This document shows positions 49,625 to 59,717 of a DNA stretch of 64,000 bases, in pieces. Under the pieces are notes generated by a model. The model worked only from the letters and a program-made list of their open reading frames with translations. It ran no database searches and had not been told where the DNA came from. The number at the start of each line of letters is the position of its first letter. The first letter of the stretch is position 1. Origin of the DNA: an uncultured Chlamydiae bacterium (GTDB lineage Bacteria; Chlamydiota; Chlamydiia; Chlamydiales; JAJFMB01); NCBI GenBank assembly GCA_963696295.1, contig CAVOJR010000001.1, forward strand, positions 1,216,001 to 1,280,000. The letters run 5' to 3'. A program made the translations under genes and the position numbers.

Positions 49625-50263
49625 ATGTTCCGATCTTTATTAATTGCAACAATATTAATTTCGACAACTTCTATCTTTGCCAACTCGGCTAAATCTAATG
49701 TTGATATTTACTTAGAAGGACGAATTCCAAAAAATAACCACAGATATGATTCATTCAAATTAGCTTTACTATTAATGAATAATGGTGATATTAACACTAT
49801 AGTTGAAACTGGTACCGCAAGAAAAGGGGTATTGTGGTGCGAAACTGATGGATGTTCCACGATTATTTTTTCTCATTGGGCAAATCGTAATAATGCTATT
49901 CTCTATTCAGTGGATATTGACGCAAATAGCTTACAAGTAGCCAAAGAAACCGTAGGAGCCTACGCAAACAATGTTCACTTTGTCCAAAGTGATTCAGTAT
50001 TTTTTTTATCAAATTTTAACCAACCCATTGATTTCCTTTATTTAGACAGCTTTGATTACGAATTTAATAACCCATTACCAAGTCAATTACATCATCTCCA
50101 TGAAATTGAAGCAGCATACCCCTGGCTTCATGATAATAGTATTGTCATGATAGACGATTGCGATCTTCCAGGTGGAGGTAAAGGGAAGTTGGTAATTGAA
50201 TTTCTTTTAAATAAAGGATGGAGAATTATTTTTTCAAAATACCAAGTGATTTTCACTAAATAA
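49625..50263 (+). CDS. Class I SAM methyltransferase with signal peptide, paralog of 35300..35941
   Basis: VETGTAR, IDFLYLDSFDY, HDNSIVMIDDCDLPGGGKG; signal ending SIFA-N; AT-rich. Confidence 0.75.
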   Translation: MFRSLLIATILISTTSIFANSAKSNVDIYLEGRIPKNNHRYDSFKLALLLMNNGDINTIVETGTARKGVLWCETDGCSTIIFSHWANRNNAILYSVDIDANSLQVAKETVGAYANNVHFVQSDSVFFLSNFNQPIDFLYLDSFDYEFNNPLPSQLHHLHEIEAAYPWLHDNSIVMIDDCDLPGGGKGKLVIEFLLNKGWRIIFSKYQVIFTK

Positions 50264-50364
50264 CGCCAATTTAGACAATTTCTGTTTTTGCAAATCCGTT
50301 TGCTTATCCGCTCTTTACCTTTTCTGGCCACTTGAGTATTCTGTATTTTAAAAGAGGTATAACG

Positions 50365-51789
50365 ATGCAAAACAAATTTGATGTGATTGTCTTAGGGGGC
50401 GGCCCGGGCGGATACCCGGCGGCTATCAGAGCTGCGCAAAACGGCAAAAGCGTGGCGCTGGTCGAAGCGCGGGAACTGGGAGGCACTTGCTTAAACCGCG
50501 GCTGCATTCCCTCGAAAACGCTCATTGCGAGCGCAGACGTTTATAAACGGATCAAAGAAGCCGATGAATTCGGCATTAAAGTCGGTGAAGTCACTCTTGA
50601 TTACCCCAAAATCGTGGAGCGCAAAGACCGCGTCGTGGCCGATGTGCGCAAAGGATTGGAAGGGTTGATCGCCTCCAACCAGATCCAGCTTTTTAGAGGG
50701 TTTGGCAAATTCGTTTCGCAGAATGAAATCAAAGTGACCGGAAAGGATAACGCCCTCCTCACCGCCAAGAACATCATCATCGCCACCGGCTCGGAACCGC
50801 GGGAATTCCCCAATTTTCCTTTCGACTACGAAAGAATCCACGACTCGACCTCGATGCTCGATATCAAAAAGCTGCCCCGCAAAATCATCATCGTCGGGGG
50901 CGGGGTGATCGGCTGTGAATTCGCTTCCCTCTATGTTGCCTTTGGTGTCGAAGTAGTCATCCTGGAGATGATGCCGAGGATATTGCCGATGGAATGCGAA
51001 AGCGTTTCGAACGCTCTTACGAAATCGTTTCAAAAGCGGGGCATCACCATCGAAACGAACGCGCTGGTAGAGAGCATTAAGCGCACGGAAAATGGGGTCG
51101 TCGCCCTATTGCCGGGAGGCAAAACCTATGAAGGGGATATGGCGCTGATCTCGATCGGACGAAAAATGAATACCCGCGATATCGGATTGGATAAAGCCGG
51201 CCTTGCGCCGAGGCCCGACGGCTCTATGGCCGTTAACGACAAAATGGAAACGAGCGTTCCCGGCATCTTTGCCATCGGGGACATCGCCTCCAAGTGGTGG
51301 CTGGCCCACGTCGCCTCCCACCAGGGGCTGGTGGCCGCCAATAACGCCTGCGGCATTCCGTCCGTCATGCACTATAACGCCGTGCCTGTCGTGATCTTCA
51401 CCGATCCTGAAATCGGCACCTGCGGCCTCTCTTTGAAGCAGGCGATCGATCAGGGATTTAACGCCACGGTCGGCTCCTTTCCCTTTCAGGCCCTCGGAAA
51501 ATCGCAAGCTGCCTATCAAACGGAAGGCTTTGCCCAGATCGTCACCGACCGGGATACCGGCCAAATTTTAGGCGCCCAGGTCGTCGGCCATGAGGCGGGC
51601 ACACTGGTAGCTGAGATGGCGATTGCCATCGGCAATGAGCTGACCATTGAATGCATCACCGATACGATTCATGCCCACCCAACGGTCACTGAAGCCTGGA
51701 TGGAGGCGGCTTTTGTCGCAAGAGAAACCCCTTTACACCTTCCCCCCAAAAAAAAGAAAGGGAACCATGCTAAATCAAAGCAGCTTTGA
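50365..51789 (+). CDS. lpdA: Dihydrolipoamide dehydrogenase
   Basis: GGGPGGY, GGTCLNRGCIPSK, GGGVIGCE, HAHPT. Confidence 0.96.
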   Translation: MQNKFDVIVLGGGPGGYPAAIRAAQNGKSVALVEARELGGTCLNRGCIPSKTLIASADVYKRIKEADEFGIKVGEVTLDYPKIVERKDRVVADVRKGLEGLIASNQIQLFRGFGKFVSQNEIKVTGKDNALLTAKNIIIATGSEPREFPNFPFDYERIHDSTSMLDIKKLPRKIIIVGGGVIGCEFASLYVAFGVEVVILEMMPRILPMECESVSNALTKSFQKRGITIETNALVESIKRTENGVVALLPGGKTYEGDMALISIGRKMNTRDIGLDKAGLAPRPDGSMAVNDKMETSVPGIFAIGDIASKWWLAHVASHQGLVAANNACGIPSVMHYNAVPVVIFTDPEIGTCGLSLKQAIDQGFNATVGSFPFQALGKSQAAYQTEGFAQIVTDRDTGQILGAQVVGHEAGTLVAEMAIAIGNELTIECITDTIHAHPTVTEAWMEAAFVARETPLHLPPKKKKGNHAKSKQL

Positions 51790-52720
51790 CCCGAAACCGG
51801 TTGTCAAAAAAAAGAACGCCCTTCCTGAAAACCCCGAATGCGCTTCCCCTGAAAAAGCGGTCAAATTAGGGCGTTTTCCCTCTTGGCTGCACCGCAAATT
51901 GCCCAAAGGCAACGCCCTCAAGCAGACGGGAGAGATCTTAAACGCTAACCGCCTCCACACGGTTTGCGAAGAAGCCAAATGCCCAAACTTGCTCGAGTGC
52001 TGGTCCAAAAAAACCGCCACCTTTTTGGTTATGGGCAAAGCCTGCACGAGGGCTTGCGGCTTTTGCGAGATCGACTTTGCAAAAACGCCCCCGCCGCTCG
52101 ACCCCGAAGAGCCCGCAAGGGTCGCCGATTCGGTCCTGCAGCTTGGTTTGAATCACGTGGTGATCACCATGGTGGCAAGAGACGACCTGGAAGATGGCGG
52201 CGCGGCGCATTTAGCTGCCGTTGTCGCAGCCGTGCGGCAAGCCAAGCCGGCCGCCACGATAGAAATTCTCACATCCGACTTCGCCGGCAATCAGAAAGCC
52301 TGGGATATCGCTCTTTCCATTGAACCTGAAATATTTAATTACAATATTGAAACGGTGCGCGAATTAACCCCGCGGGTCAGGCATAAAGCCACCTACGAGC
52401 GCACTTTGCAATTTCTAGGACACCTGAAAAACCATAGAAAATCCGTGCGTCTTATGATCAAATCGGGTATGATGGTTGGGCTTGGCGAAACGGAAGATCA
52501 GGTAAAGCAAACCCTTGAAGACCTGGCCCTGGCCGGTTGCGATATCGTTACCATAGGGCAATATTTGCAAGCCTCTTCCCAAAAGTTGCGGGTGAAAGAA
52601 TTTATCACCCCCGAGCAATTCAAAGTATATGAGAATTATGGATTGAGCTTAGGGTTAAAGCACGTGTACAGCGGGCCTTTTGTCAGATCCAGTTATAATG
52701 CCCATTTGGTATTGCAATGA
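51767..52720 (+). CDS. lipA: Lipoyl synthase
   Basis: CEEAKCPNLLECW, CTRACGFC radical-SAM motif, VRSSY. Confidence 0.96.
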   Translation: MLNQSSFDPKPVVKKKNALPENPECASPEKAVKLGRFPSWLHRKLPKGNALKQTGEILNANRLHTVCEEAKCPNLLECWSKKTATFLVMGKACTRACGFCEIDFAKTPPPLDPEEPARVADSVLQLGLNHVVITMVARDDLEDGGAAHLAAVVAAVRQAKPAATIEILTSDFAGNQKAWDIALSIEPEIFNYNIETVRELTPRVRHKATYERTLQFLGHLKNHRKSVRLMIKSGMMVGLGETEDQVKQTLEDLALAGCDIVTIGQYLQASSQKLRVKEFITPEQFKVYENYGLSLGLKHVYSGPFVRSSYNAHLVLQ

Positions 52721-53607
52721 GTGAGCTCCCCTTATTCGATGAAATCGACTGTCTGATTCTGATGCATCGCGACGCCCATTTCGGCGGCGAATTTTCCACC
52801 ATGATCCACTATTATGAAAACAAAGGGAAAGGAGCGGTCCAGGAATTTGAAATAAAAAGGCTCTACGACCTCGCCGAATTGGAGCTGCAGCTGCAGCAAA
52901 ATTTAGCGGCTACGATCTTATCGGGCCCCGAAGCGGAGCAGGTCGGGCTGGCCAAACAGGCTTACAAAGATCTCCGCGACCTTTATGAAGTCAAAACGAG
53001 GAGAAATCTCTATCCCATCCTCATTGCCAATTTGATTCTGTCCGAAGAGGAGGAGCCCCTGGAAGAGATCAACGCCATTTTGGCCGAAGGAAGCAAGATC
53101 ACCCCCGAGTTGCTGCAGCTGATCCGTTCCGAGGAGTTCGTCAGCCCCCTTTTCCCTGGCTACGGGCAAGCGCCTGTCCTCGCCGCAAAGTGCCTTGGTC
53201 TGATCGGCGATAAACGGGCCATCATCGCCTTATTCGAGTCGATTGGACATTCCCATGATTTCTTTGATGAAGACATTTCTATCAATGCGCTTAAACTCAT
53301 CGGCCAGCCGGCTAAAGAATTCCTTTTGAACGTCGTGAAGGGAAAGCCCTATAACGAAGATAATGAGCGGGCCGCCATCGCTCTCGGCGGTTTTAAAGAG
53401 GATCCCGAGGTTGCCATAGCCTGTTTTGACATTTTAAAAGGGCTCAACGTCAAAGAACACCCCATTTTCGCGACCTATCTGGTCTTAGCCTGCTCCGGCC
53501 TGGAACAGACTCCCTATCGAGAGGAGTTTTTGCAGCTCGCCAACCGTCCGGGCTGGCCCAAGAACCTAACCCAGGATATCCTGGCAGTGACAAAAGACTG
53601 GGCATAA
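52717..53607 (+). CDS. HEAT-repeat-like hypothetical protein
   Basis: AAKCLGLIGDKRAIIALF, ALKLIG, AAIALG helical repeats; coupled to lipA (ATGA). Confidence 0.65.
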   Translation: MSELPLFDEIDCLILMHRDAHFGGEFSTMIHYYENKGKGAVQEFEIKRLYDLAELELQLQQNLAATILSGPEAEQVGLAKQAYKDLRDLYEVKTRRNLYPILIANLILSEEEEPLEEINAILAEGSKITPELLQLIRSEEFVSPLFPGYGQAPVLAAKCLGLIGDKRAIIALFESIGHSHDFFDEDISINALKLIGQPAKEFLLNVVKGKPYNEDNERAAIALGGFKEDPEVAIACFDILKGLNVKEHPIFATYLVLACSGLEQTPYREEFLQLANRPGWPKNLTQDILAVTKDWA

Positions 53608-53701
53608 TATTAACTGCCCGTTAAGAACCTATTAACACCCCTTTATCAAATAAATTATACTATGTGCTACAATATAGGAAATTATTTAACAAGGTGTTAT
53701 A

Positions 53702-56700
53702 ATGGTTCGACAAATTAATCCAACAATTCAGGCTTATCAACAACAATTCCAACCGGTAATCAATAAAGCTGGAGTAAAAGACCTTCCAAAACCTGCCTCG
53801 CTAACTCCAATCAAAAAGAAGTTCGAAGCCTCGATTCCAAAACCGCCTGCATCTCTAAAACCCCAAAAAATTGAAACAGTCCCGCCAAAGACAGCGGCAA
53901 AACAAACACTTCCTCCGCCACCTCCAATGGTTCAAACAAAACTTCCTCCGCCACCTCCAATGGTTCAAACAGAACTCCCTCCACCTCCTCCAATGGTCGA
54001 GATATCTCAAGAACCTCTTGTACTCCCTCCACCGCCTCCAATGGCCGAGGTATCTCAAGAACCTCTTATACTCCCTCCGCCTCCTGAAACCATGGAGACA
54101 GAGAAGCAAAAGACAAAACCCCCTCCGCCACCGCCAAAAATGAATCCTCATGAGTGGAATGAAAAGGTAAAAAACTTGAAATGGTGGGAAAGAATCTCTT
54201 CCAAGATTCAAGTAGTGGACAGAAAACATGCATTGATTCCCGTTGTGGAAAATGCCTTGATTCCCCGGTTCTTTACTATCAGGTCATTGGTCAATGGCTC
54301 TAAGGACCCGGTCGTGGAAAATGTCAGCTATACTGCCGCCGCCTTGGAGGCGTGCATGGATAGGCAGATGGCTAAAAAACTCGATTACAACGACCTGGAC
54401 TCGCTTGAAGACATGCTGGATTTTAGTCAGCAAATTGAAAATGACGATCTCATGAAGTCCCAAATCGGAGAGGAAAAAATTGTAACTTATAGAAAAACCA
54501 TGTCAGTCAAATTGCTGACGGTCTTGCAAGAGGGCATAGAAGCCTATCGCGCCAATAAGCTCCCGGAAAAAAATATGAGCCGGATCATTTCGCTTTGGAA
54601 TAAATCGCTCCTGAACTATCGGTTGATCTGGAAGTGCCACGATGATCCTCAAAAAAGGCTTTCCTATGTGTCGGAGACCCTAGAACAGATCGATCGTGAA
54701 ATTGAAAAAAAACACAATCCCCCAATGGATCTCAATGAGTGGAATGAAAAGGTAAAAAACTTGAAATGGGATAAAAGAATCTCTTCCAGGATTGTGGGCG
54801 GGAAATTGATTCCCGTTGCGGAAAATGCCTTGATTCCCAGGTTCTATGTTATCAGGTCATTGATCCAATGGAAAAAGGGCTATGGCTATAAGGATCCTGT
54901 CATGGAAAATGTCCGCCTTACAGCTGTCGCCCTCGAGGCGTGCATGGAGAGGCAGATGGCCAAAAAACTCGATTACCACGACCTGGACTCCCTTGAAGAC
55001 ACCCTGGATTTTAGCCAGCAAATTGAAAATGACGATTTCATGAAGTCCAAAATCGGGACAGATAAAATTATTTCATATAGAAAAACCATGTCAGTCAAAT
55101 TGCTGACGGTCTTGAAAGAGGGGATGGAAGCCTATCGCGCCCACAATCTCCCAGAAGAAAATATGAGCCGGATCATTTCGCTCTGGAAAAAATCGCTCCT
55201 GAACTACCAGTTAATCTGGAAATGCCACGAGGATCCTCAGAAAAGGCTTTTCTATGTGTCGGATACCCTGGAAAGAATCGATCACGAAATTGAAAAAATT
55301 CACAACCCTCCTCCGCCGAAACCGGAGAATCCGCTGCACGACCCGTTTCTTGTGGTGAATGTCAAAGAATGGAACAAAGCCGTCAGAGACTTGAACGATT
55401 GGGAGGTTATTTCTTCCGAGGCGCAATATGTCAATGCCGAAAAAACTTTGGTTCCCGTACCTGAAAAAAATTCAACCCCGAGATTTTACTTCATCAGGCG
55501 CTTGATTCGCCTCTATTACCAGTATCAGGAAAAAGATTATCAGGATTCCACTTTAGACAAAATCCATAGGACCGCTTTTGGCCTCTCGAAAACTATAGAA
55601 TCTCATATCGCCAACAAATCCACCGACCTGGATTCTATCGAAGAATCGATCGATGTTTTTCAAAAGATCGAAAAAGACTCTGCGATGCACTCGGAAATCG
55701 GCAATCAACAAATGGAGCAATTTAGAATATCCCTTTCCGACCGGCTGATAACGGCGATGAATATAGAGACCGATCCAAAAAACGTGGCTTCCGTATCCAA
55801 AGAGAGATTAATCAAAATCCGTTCGGTCTGGCAAAAATCGCTTCTCAACTACTGCGTCATCTGGCAGAGCCGCGATCATGAACTTCAACTTATCAATAAA
55901 GCAACCAAAAGCGTTGACCGTCAGATCGATAAGCTGGAGCGGATGGAGAAAAAAACCGCTGCCATCCAAGCGCTGAAAAATGAGTGCCAAACTTTGGTGG
56001 GGAAAGGTCAGGATAACTTAAAAGCCCTGGAAGCCTTAGAAGGACCCTACAAAAAATTAACCACCACCGAGCAGAAAGATAAAGAGCTTTTTGACCATTT
56101 CAGACAAGAGTATAGAGAGATCAATAAAAAATTGGCCGATTTCAACCAGAAACTCTCCCCGCTGATTGGAAATCTGGATCACTTAAGCGAAGAGGAGCTG
56201 GATAATATAGCCGGAAAGGTAGCTGTGCTTTATGAAAATGAATTTACACCCATCATTGTCAATTTCCAAAATATCATGTACTATCACAGACCTTTTAGTC
56301 ATTTATTGGACAATGGGGAAAAACGGGTAAGGCATAATCCTCATCTCGCTAAAGAGTGGTGGAACGGACTCGATGAAGCTTTCCGCAAAAAGCAGACGGA
56401 AACCCTGGCTTGGACAAATCCCACACTAATAAGAGCAAAAAGGTATACAGTGCCGCCCGCCTTCGGGACACTCGCCACCCTGTATGTCACTCCGTACTCA
56501 AAATTGAAAGATTCGCACCAGGATGTCAGCGCTGCTATTAAAGCCTTCCAGGAATTAGCTGCTCAAAACAAGGAAAACCTGCCGATTCTAAAACAACACG
56601 CCACCGATAAAAAACTGGAAATGTTTTATGAGCAATATGTTAAGACGGATCAGCTTCTGCAGGAATTTCAACTGACATTATCCAAGATAAATGCAGAGGA

Positions 56701-57046
56701 TAAATTGACGGAAAAAGAGTGGGCCAAAGTGAAATTCCGCCTTCAGCAACTCATGGACAATTATGAAGTGGTGCGCGCTTATCATCGGCAGATGCCCAAA
56801 CCCTATTTCCCTTTCAGCGCCGCGCCGCTGCCTATCAAACCGGAAGAGCCTGTGCTGGACTTTGTCAAGGTTTTTACGCCCACATTGCCCTTCCTCGATT
56901 TTTACCAATCCTACGCCGCTCCCCTTTGCGAGCTAAAAGAACTTGTGATCAACAGCTACCCGAACTTAAAGAAACTGAAATCCTGCATAAATAAATTATT
57001 TAGCGACGCTCCCTGCAAACCCAGAGTTCTTTGGCATAACTGGTAG
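53702..57046 (+). CDS. 1114-aa polyproline and tandem-domain protein; T3SS effector candidate
   Basis: Multiple LPPPPP(M) tracts, three ~195-aa repeats, coiled-coil C-terminus, no signal peptide; immediately upstream of sctJ. Confidence 0.75.
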   Translation: MVRQINPTIQAYQQQFQPVINKAGVKDLPKPASLTPIKKKFEASIPKPPASLKPQKIETVPPKTAAKQTLPPPPPMVQTKLPPPPPMVQTELPPPPPMVEISQEPLVLPPPPPMAEVSQEPLILPPPPETMETEKQKTKPPPPPPKMNPHEWNEKVKNLKWWERISSKIQVVDRKHALIPVVENALIPRFFTIRSLVNGSKDPVVENVSYTAAALEACMDRQMAKKLDYNDLDSLEDMLDFSQQIENDDLMKSQIGEEKIVTYRKTMSVKLLTVLQEGIEAYRANKLPEKNMSRIISLWNKSLLNYRLIWKCHDDPQKRLSYVSETLEQIDREIEKKHNPPMDLNEWNEKVKNLKWDKRISSRIVGGKLIPVAENALIPRFYVIRSLIQWKKGYGYKDPVMENVRLTAVALEACMERQMAKKLDYHDLDSLEDTLDFSQQIENDDFMKSKIGTDKIISYRKTMSVKLLTVLKEGMEAYRAHNLPEENMSRIISLWKKSLLNYQLIWKCHEDPQKRLFYVSDTLERIDHEIEKIHNPPPPKPENPLHDPFLVVNVKEWNKAVRDLNDWEVISSEAQYVNAEKTLVPVPEKNSTPRFYFIRRLIRLYYQYQEKDYQDSTLDKIHRTAFGLSKTIESHIANKSTDLDSIEESIDVFQKIEKDSAMHSEIGNQQMEQFRISLSDRLITAMNIETDPKNVASVSKERLIKIRSVWQKSLLNYCVIWQSRDHELQLINKATKSVDRQIDKLERMEKKTAAIQALKNECQTLVGKGQDNLKALEALEGPYKKLTTTEQKDKELFDHFRQEYREINKKLADFNQKLSPLIGNLDHLSEEELDNIAGKVAVLYENEFTPIIVNFQNIMYYHRPFSHLLDNGEKRVRHNPHLAKEWWNGLDEAFRKKQTETLAWTNPTLIRAKRYTVPPAFGTLATLYVTPYSKLKDSHQDVSAAIKAFQELAAQNKENLPILKQHATDKKLEMFYEQYVKTDQLLQEFQLTLSKINAEDKLTEKEWAKVKFRLQQLMDNYEVVRAYHRQMPKPYFPFSAAPLPIKPEEPVLDFVKVFTPTLPFLDFYQSYAAPLCELKELVINSYPNLKKLKSCINKLFSDAPCKPRVLWHNW
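53900..54085 (+). repeat. Coding tandem repeats (about 33-bp x3 and 48-bp x2) encoding LPPPPPM units
   Basis: CTTCCTCCGCCACCTCCAATGGTTCAAACA repeated; GATATCTCAAGAACCTCTT/GGTATCTCAAGAACCTCTT repeated. Confidence 0.9.
54140..55310 (+). repeat. Intragenic ~585-bp tandem duplication (third diverged copy about 55355-55950)
   Basis: GAGTGGAATGAAAAGGTAAAAAACTTGAAATGG and many later blocks recur at an offset of about 585-600 bp. Confidence 0.9.
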
Positions 57047-57121
57047 CATTTTTAAGCTATTGAAAAATGCTTCATTCTGTTAGCATGCGATATAATTGAG
57101 TCCATATAAAGACGCTTTGCC

Positions 57122-58099
57122 ATGCTTAAAAAAGAAACTCCGCAACTTTTCAAAACACTCTTCCTCATTTTTCTGTTGATTCCCCTATTCACCGGCTGCC
57201 AATCCAGAAAAATTATCGTTAACGGGCTGGACGAAAGGGAAGCCAATGAAATATGGGTATTCCTTTCCAGCAGAGGGATCGACGTCGCCAAAGTGCAGAG
57301 CGCTGAGGGCGGCGGCGGAGGAGGAAAAAAAGAAGTCACATGGGACATCGAGGTGCGAAGCGATCAAGCCTATGAAGCCCTTTCCCTGCTCAACCAGGCG
57401 GGTCTGCCAAGAACGAGAGGGCAAAGCCTTTTAAGCATTTTCAAAGAGGGCAGCAGCCTGGTTCCCTCTGAGATGCAGGAAAAGGTCAAATATCAGGCGG
57501 GCTTAGCCGCCCAGCTCGCCAATACCCTTCGTAAAATGGACGGAGTGCTGGACGCCGAAGTGCAAATTTCCTTTCCGGAAGAAGATCCCTTAAACTTAAA
57601 CAAGCATAAAGAGCCCATAACAGCTTCGGTTTTTATCAAACACAACGGCGTTTTAGACGACCCGAATCTCCATCTCGAAACGAAAATCAAACGGCTGGTC
57701 TCCGCCAGCGTTCCCGGCCTTGATTATGACAATGTCACCGTGGTAGGATCAAGAGCCCAGATGAGCGAATTTACCACTCCGGGACAAGTAAGAGAAGAAG
57801 AAAAGCCTTATGTCAATATCTGGTCTATCATCATTGCTAAAGAATCCGTAAGCACCTTCCGAGTTGTTTTCTTTACCTTCATCCTGTTCATCCTTTTACT
57901 CAGTTTACTCTTGATCTGGCTCGCATGGAAACTCTATCCTCTACTGCAAAGGCATGGAGGCCTCCGCGCTCTTTTCCACTTACGTCCGATTGAATTAGAG
58001 GAGGTCAAAACCGAAGAGGAGAAGACAGAAGAAGGGGGCGAGGGACCCGAACCTTCTAAAGACAAAGAAGACAAAGGTCCTCCCAGTGAAGTGACTTAA
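57122..58099 (+). CDS. sctJ: T3SS inner-membrane ring lipoprotein SctJ (CdsJ)
   Basis: Lipobox FTGC, GLDEREANEI, AGLP, SLVPS, MDGVLDAEV, C-terminal TM. Confidence 0.93.
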   Translation: MLKKETPQLFKTLFLIFLLIPLFTGCQSRKIIVNGLDEREANEIWVFLSSRGIDVAKVQSAEGGGGGGKKEVTWDIEVRSDQAYEALSLLNQAGLPRTRGQSLLSIFKEGSSLVPSEMQEKVKYQAGLAAQLANTLRKMDGVLDAEVQISFPEEDPLNLNKHKEPITASVFIKHNGVLDDPNLHLETKIKRLVSASVPGLDYDNVTVVGSRAQMSEFTTPGQVREEEKPYVNIWSIIIAKESVSTFRVVFFTFILFILLLSLLLIWLAWKLYPLLQRHGGLRALFHLRPIELEEVKTEEEKTEEGGEGPEPSKDKEDKGPPSEVT

Positions 58100-58110
58100 A
58101 GAGGCTATCC

Positions 58111-58971
58111 ATGACACCCAAAGCAACCACCCTGCTGAAGGTTTTGCTAAACCGGTATCATAAAGGATCCTTACAAGAGGTCATCGGCTACCTGCCGGAA
58201 GATGAAGCTGATGCCATAAGGCAAAATCCCATCGAATCCCAAGATCTGCAACCTGCCTTATCCCAGCCTGAAGACCTGATCAAAATGATCCATTACTCCT
58301 GGCTGAAACCTTTTTTATCCGGCCAATCGAAAAAATTGCTGCCTATCTTTATCGCGTCGCTGCCCGAAGAACACGCCTCAAAACTATCTAAATCCTTTCA
58401 AATTACTGCCATAGAAAAAATTCCAGCTCCTATGAAGCAATTTTTACTGAAGCAAATCAATGCGGCCGTTTTCGATCCGAACGTGCTCCTCCCCCCCTAC
58501 CTTCCGGAGAGCCCTCTGAACGCGCTGGTTCGCTACAGCAAACCGGAACTTTTAACCTTGATCGACTATTTTGGGCTTTATGATCTCGCAGAATCGATCA
58601 GGCAGATTGTCGATAAAAGATATATTAAACAACTCTACAGCTGTTTCACCCCCAAAAAACAGGAATTCTTACGCCAGGCGATGCACCAAAGAGAACGCCT
58701 TGTCGCCACAAACATTAATTTAGAGCAATGGAAAGGCGATTGCCTCGAACTCAAACAAACTGTTCACCTTAGAGGTTTGCTGCGGCTTGGCATCGCCTTG
58801 TCCGGCCAACATCCCGATTTCATTTGGCTGGTTTGCCATATTCTCGACACCGGCAGGGCGGCCATCTTGAGCGAATGTTTGAAAAAGGAAGAATCGCCGG
58901 AAATAGTCCAAGCCCTCAACCATCAATTGATTAATTTAATGAATTTTCTTAAACCAAAGCCGCAATCATGA
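58111..58971 (+). CDS. Chlamydial T3SS gene between sctJ and sctL (CT560/SctK-like)
   Basis: Position in operon; IHYSW and LDTGR motifs. Confidence 0.7.
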   Translation: MTPKATTLLKVLLNRYHKGSLQEVIGYLPEDEADAIRQNPIESQDLQPALSQPEDLIKMIHYSWLKPFLSGQSKKLLPIFIASLPEEHASKLSKSFQITAIEKIPAPMKQFLLKQINAAVFDPNVLLPPYLPESPLNALVRYSKPELLTLIDYFGLYDLAESIRQIVDKRYIKQLYSCFTPKKQEFLRQAMHQRERLVATNINLEQWKGDCLELKQTVHLRGLLRLGIALSGQHPDFIWLVCHILDTGRAAILSECLKKEESPEIVQALNHQLINLMNFLKPKPQS

Positions 58972-59654
58972 GCAATCAATTATTTACCCTCTTTTTTGGA
59001 GATCGCGTCAAGATCGCTCCCAAAACCAAAATAATTTCCTCCGAAAATTTTTCAAAAACTCTTTCCGCCAATGAGATGATCGATCTCGTTCACAAAGAGG
59101 CCAAAAAATATCGCATGGATATCATCGCCGAGTGCGAACAATTAAAAGAGCAGGCTCAAAAAGAGGGGTTTGAGGCGGGTTTTAAAGAGTGGTCATCGCA
59201 ACTGGCCTCCCTTGAAGCTGAAATCCTGAAAGTGCGCAAAGAGCTTTCCCATATCCTGGCTCCAGTAGCCCTTAAAGCGGCAAAAAAAGTGGTGGGAAGA
59301 GAATTAAAGATCTCGGAAGACGCCATCGTTGATATCGTTTCAAATGTCTTAAAATCGGTCGCTCAACATAAGAAAATCTCCATTTACGCCAATCCGAAAG
59401 ATTTAGTGATTTTGGAAGCTCACCGGCCCAGACTGAAAGAGATTTTTGAAAGTTTAGAGTCTTTATCATTGAGGCCCAGGGATGATATTGAAGTGGGCGG
59501 CTGCATCATCGAAACAGAAGGAGGCATTATTAACGCCAAACTGGAAAATCAGTGGAAAGTCTTGGAGCAGGCCTTTGAAGCCATGTTTACAAAAGATACG
59601 CTGGCCACCATGCGCGAAAATGTCAAAAATGAAAAAATATCTGAGGAGGAGTGA
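58968..59654 (+). CDS. sctL: T3SS stator SctL (FliH/YscL family)
   Basis: AQKEGFEAG, ANPKDL, GGCIIETEGGIINA. Confidence 0.9.
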   Translation: MSNQLFTLFFGDRVKIAPKTKIISSENFSKTLSANEMIDLVHKEAKKYRMDIIAECEQLKEQAQKEGFEAGFKEWSSQLASLEAEILKVRKELSHILAPVALKAAKKVVGRELKISEDAIVDIVSNVLKSVAQHKKISIYANPKDLVILEAHRPRLKEIFESLESLSLRPRDDIEVGGCIIETEGGIINAKLENQWKVLEQAFEAMFTKDTLATMRENVKNEKISEEE

Positions 59655-59717
59655 AATACTCTTTCTTCTTTATATAAAATCGCTATAATTCAATTAACAT
59701 TATTCAGGACAGCTTTT

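Noticed and set aside
53900..54085. CRISPR array
   Set aside because: Repeats are contiguous, in-frame and coding, with no unique spacers and no cas genes
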